Source: a virus. From it: 64,000 nucleotides of DNA. The notes beneath the pieces are model-generated. The model was given only the letters and a program-made list of their open reading frames with translations. It was not told the DNA's origin and made no database searches. The position numbers were made by a program, and so were the translations under genes. The DNA is taken from IMG/VR virus record IMGVR_UViG_3300050821_013910, positions 1 to 64,000 of that record; one strand, 5' to 3'. Positions 1 through 9,646 of this stretch are shown here, one piece after another (the stretch's first letter is position 1; the number at the start of each line of letters is the position of its first letter).

Positions 1-78
1 GGTCGTATGGTTCGAGGTTGCCCCCGGCGCGCGCATGCCTCAGGTCACGGTGTTCACCAAGGAGTCGAGGTAGCCAGC

Positions 79-426
79 ATGTCTCCCCGCCCCCGCCTCC
101 CCCGCACGATGTGGGCCGACGAGTCCTTGCGGGTCGAAGTCCAGTCCGCAGGCCTTGCTGACGAACCCGAGAACCAGAAGGTCATGGAAGCCTGCCTCAG
201 CGAACTCAACGAGGTAAAACTTCGCCTCGTACTCGGTACTTATGGACCGGGCACGGAGACTAAGCCCAAGGCTAGATATTACTGGTTGCTTGGTGAGTCC
301 GCCATGATCCACTGTCGTGACTTGGAATGTGCGAATTGGTTTCGCGAGCAGTTATTACTGTGGATCAAAGGATTAGATGGAATCCGTCTGGAAGTTGTCG
401 AGGACAGCGAGGAGACGACTCGATGA
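79..426 (+). CDS. hypothetical protein
   Basis: ATG at 79 after GGAG/GAGG; stop overlaps next start (ATGA). Confidence 0.6.
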   Translation: MSPRPRLPRTMWADESLRVEVQSAGLADEPENQKVMEACLSELNEVKLRLVLGTYGPGTETKPKARYYWLLGESAMIHCRDLECANWFREQLLLWIKGLDGIRLEVVEDSEETTR

Positions 427-1262
427 GGCAGCCTGCTGCGTATAACTACCTAGTTGCCATCGTCACGAAGGTTAACACGAACATGTGTATTGTGTGGCCG
501 CTACGAATAGATAAGGGAGGATATGGACGACTTACCTTACCACTCTCTATTGGCGGAGAGAAGAAGGTTGTCTCAGCGCATCGGCTAGCCTACAAGATCA
601 AGTATGGCGAGTGGCCGATGCCGAACGGTATGCATAGCTGCGACAACCGCGCGTGTTTCAATCCGCTGCACATCTCTCCCGGAACGGCCAAGGATAACAA
701 TGCAGATATGGTCGCCAAGGGAAGACAGGCGCGGGGAGAGGGTGCGGGCCTTTCCAAGTTAACTGATGAGTTGGTGACACAGATTCGTCAGGAATATGTT
801 GGAGGTTTATCTGTTAAGCAGCTAGCTAGGAAGTACGGAATAAGCAGTTCCGGGATGATGAGTGTGATTGACGGAACGACATGGAAGCACGTACCCAATC
901 CTATCAAACAAAGACGCCCTGCTGGGTGGAATGCCGAAGCACGCAAGGGAAGAGAAGCCACTCACTGCTTCAAGGGCCATCCATTCACTCCCGATAACAC
1001 TCTCCTGTGGCGTGGATTCAGACGTTGCGCGATATGTCGTCATGCCTCGGAAAAGAAGGTCCGCCTCGTCAAGAAAATGAAGAAGCTGGCCGAGCCACCG
1101 AAACCTCGTATTAAACACCTACGAACGCATTGCCTGAAAGGGCATCTTCTTGAGGTAGACAATTGCTACATTAAGCCTGATGGACATCGGCAGTGCAGGA
1201 TATGTAAGTCTGATCGGGGAAGGCGCTATTACCAGCAGAAGAAGCAGAGAGGGACAGCGTGA
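423..1262 (+). CDS. HNH homing endonuclease with HTH and two C-terminal THC-x-KGH...CxxC zinc-finger repeats
   Basis: HRLAY...HSCDNRACFNPLHISPGTAKDNNADM HNH motif; THCFKGH..RRCAIC and THCLKGH..RQCRIC; lower GC than flanks; start re-called at ATGA overlap. Confidence 0.85.
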   Translation: MRQPAAYNYLVAIVTKVNTNMCIVWPLRIDKGGYGRLTLPLSIGGEKKVVSAHRLAYKIKYGEWPMPNGMHSCDNRACFNPLHISPGTAKDNNADMVAKGRQARGEGAGLSKLTDELVTQIRQEYVGGLSVKQLARKYGISSSGMMSVIDGTTWKHVPNPIKQRRPAGWNAEARKGREATHCFKGHPFTPDNTLLWRGFRRCAICRHASEKKVRLVKKMKKLAEPPKPRIKHLRTHCLKGHLLEVDNCYIKPDGHRQCRICKSDRGRRYYQQKKQRGTA

Positions 1263-2005
1263 CCGACTACCAACTCTCCTGGCGCGCGACCCCCCTCTGG
1301 ATCCAGAACCACGATCGCCTCGACATCGGCTTCCGGCCTCTCCTCCACTGGCTCCTCCGCGCTGGTCTAACTCAGGTCGTGGTCCTCGACTCGGGCAGCA
1401 CCTACCCGCCCCTCCTCTGCTACTACGACTCCCCCGAGTTCGCTTCCCTCCGCGTTCCCCTCGTCCGGGCCGCCAATCTCGGACCCGAGGCATTCTGGCG
1501 GCTCGACTTCCACCTCCTGCCCTCCGTGACCCACTTCGGCCGCTACATCCTGACCGACGCCGACCTGACCCCCGACCCCGCCTGCCCCCTCGACCTGGTC
1601 CGCAAGATGCACGAGGTGGCCGACCGCCCCTGCTTCCTGCCCCTCGGTGCCAAGGTCGGCCCGGCTCTCCGGATCGACGACCTCCCTGCCCACTTCGCCC
1701 AGCGCGATTACATGCGCCACTGCGAATCCGACTACTGGCAGCGCAAGTACGTCGAGGGGGACTGCTGGAACGCTGCCCTCGATACCACCATGTCCCTCTT
1801 CTCCGCCGGCTGGACCCGATGGCCCCTTGCCGACCAGGGAGGCGTTCATCATGTGCGGCTCGACTTCCCCTACGTCCTGCGACACGAGCCGTGGTACCTG
1901 CCGACCGACAACCTGCCCGAGGAGGAGCGCTTTTACCAGTCGCATGTTGCTCCGGGATTCAGTAGTTCATGCCCCCAGCCCATCCCCGAGGAGGCCACCC
2001 GGTGA
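1259..2005 (+). CDS. glycosyltransferase, GT-A fold (GT2-like)
   Basis: VVVLDSGSTYPP, NLG, YILTDAD (DxD) motifs; GTGA coupling. Confidence 0.7.
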   Translation: MTDYQLSWRATPLWIQNHDRLDIGFRPLLHWLLRAGLTQVVVLDSGSTYPPLLCYYDSPEFASLRVPLVRAANLGPEAFWRLDFHLLPSVTHFGRYILTDADLTPDPACPLDLVRKMHEVADRPCFLPLGAKVGPALRIDDLPAHFAQRDYMRHCESDYWQRKYVEGDCWNAALDTTMSLFSAGWTRWPLADQGGVHHVRLDFPYVLRHEPWYLPTDNLPEEERFYQSHVAPGFSSSCPQPIPEEATR

Positions 2006-2454
2006 TCAGCGCCAAGCCAACCTTGATTGAGGGAGGCCTCGCCATCGACGACCGCGGTCAAGTCATCTTTGCCAATGACTGCGACTTGGCCTCATACGAG
2101 TTCCGCCGGTTCTATCTCGTCTCCAACCACCAACTCCTCCCCATCCGCGCGTGGCACGGTCACAAGCGCGAAGTCAAAGCGGTGACTATGGTTCGGGGGG
2201 CCGCAATCGTCGCAGCGGTCAAGATAGACGACTGGGACCGGCCTGATCCGCTGGCTGAGGTCAGCCGGTTCGTCCTCTCCGCCAGCAAGCCAGCGGTCCT
2301 CGTGATCCCCTCTGGTTACGCGAATGGGTTCCGGTGCCTCACCCCTGACTGTCAACTCTTGTGGTTCTCCAACCTGACGGTCGAGGAGAGCCGGGAGGAC
2401 GATTACCGATTTGGTCCGCATTACTGGGAGCCGTGGGACGTGGAGGTTAGATGA
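2002..2454 (+). CDS. cupin sugar-nucleotide 3,5-epimerase (RmlC/WxcM-like)
   Basis: DDRG, IRAWHGHKRE, IPSGYANGF, DDYRF motifs; GTG start at 2002 overlapping upstream stop. Confidence 0.85.
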   Translation: MISAKPTLIEGGLAIDDRGQVIFANDCDLASYEFRRFYLVSNHQLLPIRAWHGHKREVKAVTMVRGAAIVAAVKIDDWDRPDPLAEVSRFVLSASKPAVLVIPSGYANGFRCLTPDCQLLWFSNLTVEESREDDYRFGPHYWEPWDVEVR

Positions 2455-3332
2455 CAGCGAGATTCAAAGTAGCCATCCTCGGCTCGACCGGGATGCTGGG
2501 GTCGATGGTCCGGAGGTTCCTCTCCAGCCAGCCGGAGTACGACCTCAGGACCTACTCGCGCAGCGCCCTCGAAGCCGCGCTGATCAACGTCGCCGATCTC
2601 TTCCAGCTGATCTCCGGGCAGGACTACGTGATCAACTGTATCGGGGTGATCAAGCCGCGGATCGACGAGAAGAACCCAGCCTCGGTCCGCGACGCTATTC
2701 AGGTCAATGCACAATTCCCTTACACGCTGGCTCATGCAGCAGAGTGGGCGAAGGTGCGCGTCCTCCAGATCGCCACCGACTGCGTTTACTCGGGCAGGGA
2801 AGGGAACTACCGTGAAGACTCCCTGCACGACGCGACCGACATCTACGGCAAGACCAAGTCGCTGGGGGAAGTGGTCAGCCCCGCCGTCCGCCACCTGCGC
2901 TGCTCGATCATCGGACCTGAACCGGCTGGCCGACCCCGCGACTCCCTCCTCGAATGGTTCCTCGGTCAGCCGAAGGGAGCGCAGGTCAAGGGATTCACCA
3001 ACCACTACTGGAACGGGATCACTACCTTGGCCTTTGCCAAGTTGTGTCATGGGATCATGCGCGAGGGAATCGAACTCCCTCCCCTCCTCCATATCGTCCC
3101 CCAGAAAACAGCAAGCAAGGCAGGACTGTTGGACCAGTTCCGGTACTCCTTCTCCCGCATGGACATTACCGTGGACGAGGTTGCTGCGCCGACAGCCATT
3201 AACCGGACCCTCTCTACCTGCTGTCCCATCGCCAACATCCACCTTTGGAAGGCGGCAGGCTACCCCTACCAGCCTACGATCCAGCAGATGGTCCATGAAC
3301 TAGTTGCGTATGAGAAGGTGGTGGCCCGGTGA
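2451..3332 (+). CDS. NDP-4-keto-6-deoxysugar reductase (RmlD-like SDR)
   Basis: GSTGMLG, INCIG, IATDCVYSG, YGKTKSLGE motifs. Confidence 0.88.
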   Translation: MTARFKVAILGSTGMLGSMVRRFLSSQPEYDLRTYSRSALEAALINVADLFQLISGQDYVINCIGVIKPRIDEKNPASVRDAIQVNAQFPYTLAHAAEWAKVRVLQIATDCVYSGREGNYREDSLHDATDIYGKTKSLGEVVSPAVRHLRCSIIGPEPAGRPRDSLLEWFLGQPKGAQVKGFTNHYWNGITTLAFAKLCHGIMREGIELPPLLHIVPQKTASKAGLLDQFRYSFSRMDITVDEVAAPTAINRTLSTCCPIANIHLWKAAGYPYQPTIQQMVHELVAYEKVVAR

Positions 3333-4444
3333 AGGTCCTCACCCTCCTCGGCACCCGCCCGGAGATCATCCGGCTCAGCCGGGTGATCCCCCGGCTCGAC
3401 CAGGCCCTCGGCCGCGACAATCACATTCTGGTCAACACGGGGCAGAATCCCGACCCCACCCTCTCGGCCAACTTCTTCGGCGAACTCGGGATCAGACAGC
3501 CTGACTACAACCTCCTCGCCTCCGGCTCGTTCGGCCAGCAACTCGGCATCTCCTTCCCGGCCATCGAGCACACCCTCCAGACCGTCCGCCCTGACCGCCT
3601 TCTCGTCCTCGGCGACACCAACTCCTCCCTGGCCGCCATCGTCGCCGCCCGCCTCCTGATCCCCATCTATCACATGGAGGCCGGCAACCGCTCCTTCTCT
3701 CCCTCCAGCCCTGAGGAAGTCAATCGCCGCCTCGTGGACCACGCCTCCACCGTCCTCCTGCCCTACACTGACCGCTCACGCCAGAACCTCCTCGCCGAAG
3801 GCATCCACTCCTCGCGCATATTCGTGGCCGGGAACCCTATCCGCGAGGTGATCGAGCACTATCGCGACCAGTGGGAGACGGGAACGAGGGACGCGCTGGT
3901 ACGGCTGGGTCTGATCGCCAACCAGTTCTTCCTCGTGACCCTGCACCGGGCGGAGAACGTGGACGCGGAAGGCCGACTGCGCCGGTTCATTGAGGCGTTC
4001 AACCAACTCCAATACACCTACCATTATCCTGTCGTCGTCAGCACCCATCCGCACCTCCAGCAGCGAATCGACGCGCTCAACCTGCGTGGGAAGGACCTTA
4101 GCCCCTCCGTGCGCTTCCTCCCCCCCTTTCCCTTCTTCGACTTCCTCCGGCTCCAGATCTCTGCCTTCTGCGTCCTGTCCGACTCCGGGACCGTGCAGGA
4201 GGAGTGCTGTCTGCTCGGGCGGCCCTCGGTGACCTTGCGCGACTCGACGGAACGACCGGAGTGCCTGGAAGCGGGTGCGGGAGTGCTGTCCGGAGCTGAC
4301 CCCGCTGACATTCTCGCTGCGGTCCGGCTGGTCACCTCTCCTGACCGCCCTGCCTGGACCCCGCCTGCTGAGTACCTCCGCCTGAACGTGGCTGAGACCG
4401 TGGTCCGCATCCTCCTCAGCCACCGGGAAGGAGGCGTGGCATGA
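3329..4444 (+). CDS. non-hydrolysing UDP-N-acetylhexosamine 2-epimerase (WecB family, FnlC/WbjD/Cap5G-like)
   Basis: GTRPEIIRLSRVI, TGQN, GDTNS, HMEAGNRS, PEEVNR, TLHRAENVD, SDSGTVQEE, TERPE. Confidence 0.92.
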   Translation: MKVLTLLGTRPEIIRLSRVIPRLDQALGRDNHILVNTGQNPDPTLSANFFGELGIRQPDYNLLASGSFGQQLGISFPAIEHTLQTVRPDRLLVLGDTNSSLAAIVAARLLIPIYHMEAGNRSFSPSSPEEVNRRLVDHASTVLLPYTDRSRQNLLAEGIHSSRIFVAGNPIREVIEHYRDQWETGTRDALVRLGLIANQFFLVTLHRAENVDAEGRLRRFIEAFNQLQYTYHYPVVVSTHPHLQQRIDALNLRGKDLSPSVRFLPPFPFFDFLRLQISAFCVLSDSGTVQEECCLLGRPSVTLRDSTERPECLEAGAGVLSGADPADILAAVRLVTSPDRPAWTPPAEYLRLNVAETVVRILLSHREGGVA

Positions 4445-5409
4445 GAGTCCTCGTGGTCGGCGGCGCCGGGTACGTCGGAGGAGCGGTCACGGACCTTCTC
4501 CAGCAGCCCTTCTATCACCCTACCCCCCACTCCTTCCAGGTCTACGACTCCCTCCTCTACGAGGATCAGTTTCGCAAGCCCGTGCCCTTCTGCCGCGGCG
4601 ACGTCCGCGACCACTCGCGCCTCCTGCCCCTCCTCCACCAGTCCGACGTGGTCCTCTGGCTGGCCGCCCTGGTCGGCGACGGGGCCTGTGCGCTCGACCC
4701 CCCGGCCGCCGTCGAGGTCAACCAGGAGTCGGTCCGGTGGCTGGCGGAGAACTTCCCCGGCCGGATCATCTTCCTCTCGACCTGCTCGGTCTACGGGCAG
4801 GGGGAGGGAGAACTGACCGAGTCCTCGCCGACCAATCCCCTGTCCGTGTATGCGACGACCAAGCTGGCCGCCGAGCAGACTCTAGCCGACCATCCCAACT
4901 GCCTGATCTTCCGCCTCGGCACTCTGTTCGGACTCTCCGACCACTTCTCGCGCGTGCGGTTCGACCTCGTGGTGAACACTCTCACTCTCCGTGCGCAACG
5001 AGAAGGCAGGCTGACCGTGTTCGGCGGCGACCAGTTCCGTCCGCTCCTCCACGTCCGCGACGCCGCCGAGGCTATCGTCTCCGCCATTCCCACTCGCCAG
5101 ACTGGCATCTACAACCTGCGCTACCGCAACTACTCGATCTCGGAACTGGCTGATCTAGTGGCGGCTGAGTTCCCCGGTCTGGAGATCACCTCCACGCCCC
5201 AGCACTTCGAGGACCACCGGAACTACCGGGTCAGCTCCCTCGCCGCCGCACGGGACCTCCGCTTCTATCCGCGGCGGACCGTCAGCGAGGGCATCCGCGA
5301 GATCAAGCGCCTGCTGGACGAGGGCCGCCTTACCAACCCGGACCACGCGCGCCACGGGAACGAGCGGCACTTGGCCGCCCGGCGGATGGAGATGGAGGCG
5401 GCTAGATGA
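4441..5409 (+). CDS. NAD-dependent sugar epimerase/dehydratase (extended SDR)
   Basis: GGAGYVG, LAALVGD, STCSVYG, YATTK, RFDLVVN, RPLLHVRD. Confidence 0.9.
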   Translation: MRVLVVGGAGYVGGAVTDLLQQPFYHPTPHSFQVYDSLLYEDQFRKPVPFCRGDVRDHSRLLPLLHQSDVVLWLAALVGDGACALDPPAAVEVNQESVRWLAENFPGRIIFLSTCSVYGQGEGELTESSPTNPLSVYATTKLAAEQTLADHPNCLIFRLGTLFGLSDHFSRVRFDLVVNTLTLRAQREGRLTVFGGDQFRPLLHVRDAAEAIVSAIPTRQTGIYNLRYRNYSISELADLVAAEFPGLEITSTPQHFEDHRNYRVSSLAAARDLRFYPRRTVSEGIREIKRLLDEGRLTNPDHARHGNERHLAARRMEMEAAR

Positions 5410-5975
5410 CCACTGTGACCAGCCCGGTCCGCGATCTTGCTGCCCACTATCAATTCCTGCTGACCTGCCCGGACAGTTGGCGCGCGAACCTGGACCCTGC
5501 CCTCCCCGTGGTCGACACCCTCGCCCACCTCCCCCTCTTCCACTCCCTCCCCGGGCGCATCCTCGAAATCGGCTGCGACGTCGGGAACTCCACGACGGCC
5601 TTCCTCGCGGGGGCTAGCAGTCAGGTCACGTCGATCGACATCAACCCCCGGTGCGCCGAGAACTTCCCTGACTGCGCCAAGTGGAGGTTCATCCACGGCG
5701 ATTCCCAGACCTACGAAACCTACAACAAAGTTTCCAACCAGACATACGACGTCCTCTACATCGACGGCGACCATTCTTACTCCTCGGCTTATCACGATAT
5801 CGAGATCTATTCCCAACTCGTCAAGCATCGCGGACTGATCCTTGTCCACGATGTCCTCGCCCACGATAACTTCCCGGGGGTCTGGAAGGCCTTCCGGGAC
5901 TTCCGCTATGGAGGACAGCCAGTGGATAAGTACATCCTCCCCGGGAGCTACGGACTGGGGGTCATCGAGTTATGA
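5406..5975 (+). CDS. class I SAM-dependent methyltransferase (sugar O-methyltransferase-like)
   Basis: ILEIGCDVGNST, GDS, LYIDGDHSY, ILVHD, PGVWKA. Confidence 0.85.
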   Translation: MTTVTSPVRDLAAHYQFLLTCPDSWRANLDPALPVVDTLAHLPLFHSLPGRILEIGCDVGNSTTAFLAGASSQVTSIDINPRCAENFPDCAKWRFIHGDSQTYETYNKVSNQTYDVLYIDGDHSYSSAYHDIEIYSQLVKHRGLILVHDVLAHDNFPGVWKAFRDFRYGGQPVDKYILPGSYGLGVIEL

Positions 5976-6688
5976 CCACCTCGATCGTGATTTCCACCTT
6001 CAATAGAAATGTTCAACTGGCCCAGACTTTGACCTCTATCGCCCGCCAGCAAGTCCCCGACCTTGAAGTGATCGTGGTGGACGACGGCGACCTCCGGCAC
6101 GGCCATCCCAGCGCCTCCCTCGTCTGCCAGACCTTCGGCGCTCGGTACCTCCCCTGCCGCCGTCCGGCTTCGAGCCAGTTCCGCAACCCGAGCCTTCCAA
6201 ACAATATAGGCATACGAGCAGCCACCGGCGACGTGGTGATCCTCCAGAACGCCGAGTGCCGCCACGACTCCCCAGACGCGATCCAGCAGTTGGTCAGCCA
6301 AGTCACTGCTACCAACGCCGTCTTCGCGCATGTCACCGCCCTCAATCCAGATGGCTCCTTCGCGATGGACTACTGCTCCCCCTCCGCCCCTCGCCCGTAC
6401 TTCTTCTGCGGGGCCATCCGGCGGGAGTGGCTGGTCCGGCTGCGGGGGTTTGATCAGGACTACTGGGGAGCCGGGTACGATGACGACGACCTCGCCCTCC
6501 GCCTCCACTGCGAGGGCGTGACCTTCACCTACTCGGACATCAAGGTAGCGCATCAGTGGCATTCCCCGGCTGGAGATTATTCCTCGGCTGAACAAATGAG
6601 GCAGTTGTTCGAGGAGAAATGTCAGGCCATGGTCAGCGGGAAGCTGGGGACCGTGCGCAACCCTCAGGGGTGGGGAGGGCAGCCATGA
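5972..6688 (+). CDS. GT2 family glycosyltransferase
   Basis: SIVISTFNR, EVIVVDDG, NIGIRAATGD, GFDQDYWGAGYDDDDLALR, HQWH. Confidence 0.88.
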   Translation: MTTSIVISTFNRNVQLAQTLTSIARQQVPDLEVIVVDDGDLRHGHPSASLVCQTFGARYLPCRRPASSQFRNPSLPNNIGIRAATGDVVILQNAECRHDSPDAIQQLVSQVTATNAVFAHVTALNPDGSFAMDYCSPSAPRPYFFCGAIRREWLVRLRGFDQDYWGAGYDDDDLALRLHCEGVTFTYSDIKVAHQWHSPAGDYSSAEQMRQLFEEKCQAMVSGKLGTVRNPQGWGGQP

Positions 6689-7101
6689 CCGACTGCGGAG
6701 TCTGCATCACCAGCGACTACAGCAACTGCGAAGGCATGATCGACGAGGTTTCCATCGTCCTGAACGAGCAGGACCGCAAATGTTCCGAATGCCGAAAGGT
6801 CATCCCCGCTGGGGCCAAGATAGAAAGGGCCGACTGGTACGAGGACTGGGACGGCTGCGACGAGGACGACGAGCCGAAACTGAAGGAGCCCATCTGGACC
6901 TGCCTGATCTGCGCCGAGATTGCAGAGGCGTTCTATTGCGGAGGGGACGGGCGTGTCTACGGCGGGGAATTTTGGGAGGCAATGCAGGAGGCCGATGCCT
7001 ATCGCGATCTCAATTCATCCTGCTTCGACCGGCTGAAGACCCCTGAAGCCAAAGCCGAACTCCGCCGCCGCTGGATGGAGTGGAAAGGGTTGGCCTCGTG
7101 A
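6685..7101 (+). CDS. hypothetical Cys-rich (zinc-binding) protein
   Basis: CSEC..IPAG..CLIC; ATGA/GTGA coupled on both sides. Confidence 0.7.
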   Translation: MTDCGVCITSDYSNCEGMIDEVSIVLNEQDRKCSECRKVIPAGAKIERADWYEDWDGCDEDDEPKLKEPIWTCLICAEIAEAFYCGGDGRVYGGEFWEAMQEADAYRDLNSSCFDRLKTPEAKAELRRRWMEWKGLAS

Positions 7102-7913
7102 CCCTCTCCCCCTCCAACCGCCTCGTCCAAGGCTTCTGGTCCGGCCCCCTGACCACCATGGAGCGGCTCAGTATGCAGTCGTTCGTCGCGGCGGGTCATG
7201 AATTTCACTTATACGTTTATGACGGCAACCTCCTCGGAGTCCCTCCCTCGGTCCACCTGCGCAACGCCGCCGAGATCATCCCCGTGAAGGAGGCTGCGAC
7301 GTTCCGCTGCGTGCAACAACTCTCCGACCAGTTTCGCATTACCCTCCTGCTCAAGCGCGGCGGCTGGTATGTGGACCTTGACACGATCTGTCTCCAGCCC
7401 TTTGACTTCTCCTCGGACTATATCTTCTATCGCGATTACGACGAGTCCACGATTTCCTTCGCCGTCTCGAAGGCTCCAGTAGGCAGTCCACTTATGCAGC
7501 ACTGTCACGACTATCTGAGCCAACTAACCGCCGAGGACCGCCAGCGACTCTCATGGCAAGAAATAGGAACCGAATTCGTAACTGGAGCCGTGGAGTTCTT
7601 CGGACTACAGAAGTTCGCCCAGCCCGGATACACCTTCGACCCTATTCAGTGGCAGCGGGCGCGGGAGGTAGTCAACCCAGAAGCTAAGTGGGACCTCTCT
7701 CGTTCGCACGCTGTCCACTTGTTCCATGCGGTATGGAACGGAGGACCCAAGGACCGCTTAGGCAGGGGATTTGATCTCGGGCAGGACTTAGACGCGCGCC
7801 TCGACACTGACGGCGAGTATCATCCAGATTGTTTGTACGAACAACTCAAGCGCAAATTTTTGACGAACGGAGCAACTGAATGGCAGCCTTCAAACTTGCA
7901 ATCATCGTCCTGA
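7098..7913 (+). CDS. DxD glycosyltransferase (GT32/OCH1-like)
   Basis: FWSG.L..MERLSMQSF..GHEFHLY, SDQFR..LL..GGWYVDLD..CLQPF. Confidence 0.85.
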   Translation: MTLSPSNRLVQGFWSGPLTTMERLSMQSFVAAGHEFHLYVYDGNLLGVPPSVHLRNAAEIIPVKEAATFRCVQQLSDQFRITLLLKRGGWYVDLDTICLQPFDFSSDYIFYRDYDESTISFAVSKAPVGSPLMQHCHDYLSQLTAEDRQRLSWQEIGTEFVTGAVEFFGLQKFAQPGYTFDPIQWQRAREVVNPEAKWDLSRSHAVHLFHAVWNGGPKDRLGRGFDLGQDLDARLDTDGEYHPDCLYEQLKRKFLTNGATEWQPSNLQSSS

Positions 7914-8806
7914 CCGCACACCACCCATCGCGCTGGCACTACCGCCAAATCCTCCGCATCCAGTGCCTCAAGTCGTGCGGCGTGCCTTACAAGTTCGTCT
8001 TCGGCGATCCCACCCACGAATCTCAGTGGGACACCACCGGCTTGGATAAGGATGAAATCCTGCACGCTCCCGGACCCGACCTGAAGGAGAACCTGGTTAT
8101 AAAGAATCAGGCTGGGATGCGTTGGTGCTTAGATCAAGGAGCCACCCACGCACTCCGCATAATGGACGACACCTGGACCTACGTGGATCGCGTACTTAAA
8201 GCCGGTCTCTACCCCTTTGACCTCGCTGGCAACTTTCCGATGAAGTTCAAACTCGGCGGCATCTTTAACACTCCCCTCCTTCGAGTAACCTACCCGCACG
8301 GAGGATGCGGCATCTGGCTATCTCGCAAATCAATGGAGATGCTCGTGGCCGACACTTACAACCCCGACTATCTCAAATCTTGGCCTGCACGGATGGACGT
8401 GGGCTGCGGCCTGACTATCCAGACTCCCAAAACTCTCTGGGACGACATGTGGCTGGGGGAGGTCCTGCAAGGCAATCTCCCCTACGACCATCCCCTACGC
8501 GAACAGCCGTGGGGAGCCTACCAAGCAAACGGAATCCAAGTCTATGACGACGACAACTTATTCAACCAATCGGACCCCATGGTTCCTATCTGTCTGCACG
8601 ATCCGGGAGTTCACAAGGTCAACGCCGGTCACATAAACGAACTCGAACGCCAGATCCGCCACCGCAACATCGCCCAGGCCATGGCGGCGGCGCGGGTCCC
8701 GGCGGATCAGATCGCGGAGATGGTCGGCGGCGGGGCGGCAGGCAAGGTGGAGGCAGGCGTAGAGTCGGAGGAGAAGCAGAAGGAGGAGGTCCCTAGTGGC
8801 GATTGA
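7880..8806 (+). CDS. GT31/Fringe-like glycosyltransferase
   Basis: YKFVFG, NLVIK..W, RIMDDTW, YPHGGCGIWLSRKSM, DDMWLG resemble the GT31 motif order. Confidence 0.65.
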   Translation: MAAFKLAIIVLTAHHPSRWHYRQILRIQCLKSCGVPYKFVFGDPTHESQWDTTGLDKDEILHAPGPDLKENLVIKNQAGMRWCLDQGATHALRIMDDTWTYVDRVLKAGLYPFDLAGNFPMKFKLGGIFNTPLLRVTYPHGGCGIWLSRKSMEMLVADTYNPDYLKSWPARMDVGCGLTIQTPKTLWDDMWLGEVLQGNLPYDHPLREQPWGAYQANGIQVYDDDNLFNQSDPMVPICLHDPGVHKVNAGHINELERQIRHRNIAQAMAAARVPADQIAEMVGGGAAGKVEAGVESEEKQKEEVPSGD

Positions 8807-9314
8807 AACAATCCAGCGCGTAGAGGACTGGTTTGAGGAACGCCGCCAGTTTAGGAAGGCTGCTCTCTTGGCCCTCCGCAAGAGAGAAAATCTCCCCTCT
8901 CCCGTAGACGCCGACGGCAACCCCCTCGACACCCGCTTCGACGACCTCGGCAACGCACACTACTACAACGCCGCCGGGGAGATGGTCGATCATGTCCTCT
9001 GGGCCGGGGCGGGTAGGGACGGCAAGCCGGGAGCCTTCGCCACGGGCAAGCGCAAGGGGGAGGCGAGAGAGATCGCAGATGCCTCCTGGCACCGCCCCGA
9101 CGCCGAGTTCGAGATTCTGGAGGTCTCGGAAGACGGTCGCAAGTTAGAGGACGAGCTACGCGACCTCTCCCGCGACGCCGCCGGGATGGAACTGGCCGAG
9201 AGGGTCCGTCACGAGGGAGATGCGAGCGAGCAGGCCCCCGGTCTGGAACTCTCCGGTACCACGGACGGGGAAGTGGACGAGAAGCTGCAGCAGTATCTGA
9301 AGCGAGGTCAGTAG
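8796..9314 (+). CDS. hypothetical acidic protein
   Basis: strong RBS GGAGG, coding-like codon usage. Confidence 0.7.
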   Translation: MAIETIQRVEDWFEERRQFRKAALLALRKRENLPSPVDADGNPLDTRFDDLGNAHYYNAAGEMVDHVLWAGAGRDGKPGAFATGKRKGEAREIADASWHRPDAEFEILEVSEDGRKLEDELRDLSRDAAGMELAERVRHEGDASEQAPGLELSGTTDGEVDEKLQQYLKRGQ

Positions 9315-9316
9315 TC

Positions 9317-9646
9317 ATGTATCAGCAATGCTCCACCTGTTCGCGCCGCTACAACGACGAATACCATTCAACTGTCTGCCCCCATCGCGGGATCGGATTC
9401 TGCGCCGTGTGTGATTACGTAGTGTGCGTGTGCAGCCCAGAGACAGCAGGGGACTGGGAGCGGAGTTCGGGCAATCACTTGTCCGAGGACGCTGACTGGC
9501 AGGCGGAACGGCTGGTCAAGCTGGACTCGGACCGTCAGGCTCAGAAGCGTCCCTTCCGCAGACTGTCCGACCTCTCCGGCGCGGAGTTCGGTGAGGCGCT
9601 GGCGGACATGGTGAAGGTGGTAGAGAGGAACAGGCGCAATGTCTGA
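9317..9646 (+). CDS. hypothetical Cys-rich protein
   Basis: CxxC, CPH, CxxC; operon position. Confidence 0.6.
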   Translation: MYQQCSTCSRRYNDEYHSTVCPHRGIGFCAVCDYVVCVCSPETAGDWERSSGNHLSEDADWQAERLVKLDSDRQAQKRPFRRLSDLSGAEFGEALADMVKVVERNRRNV

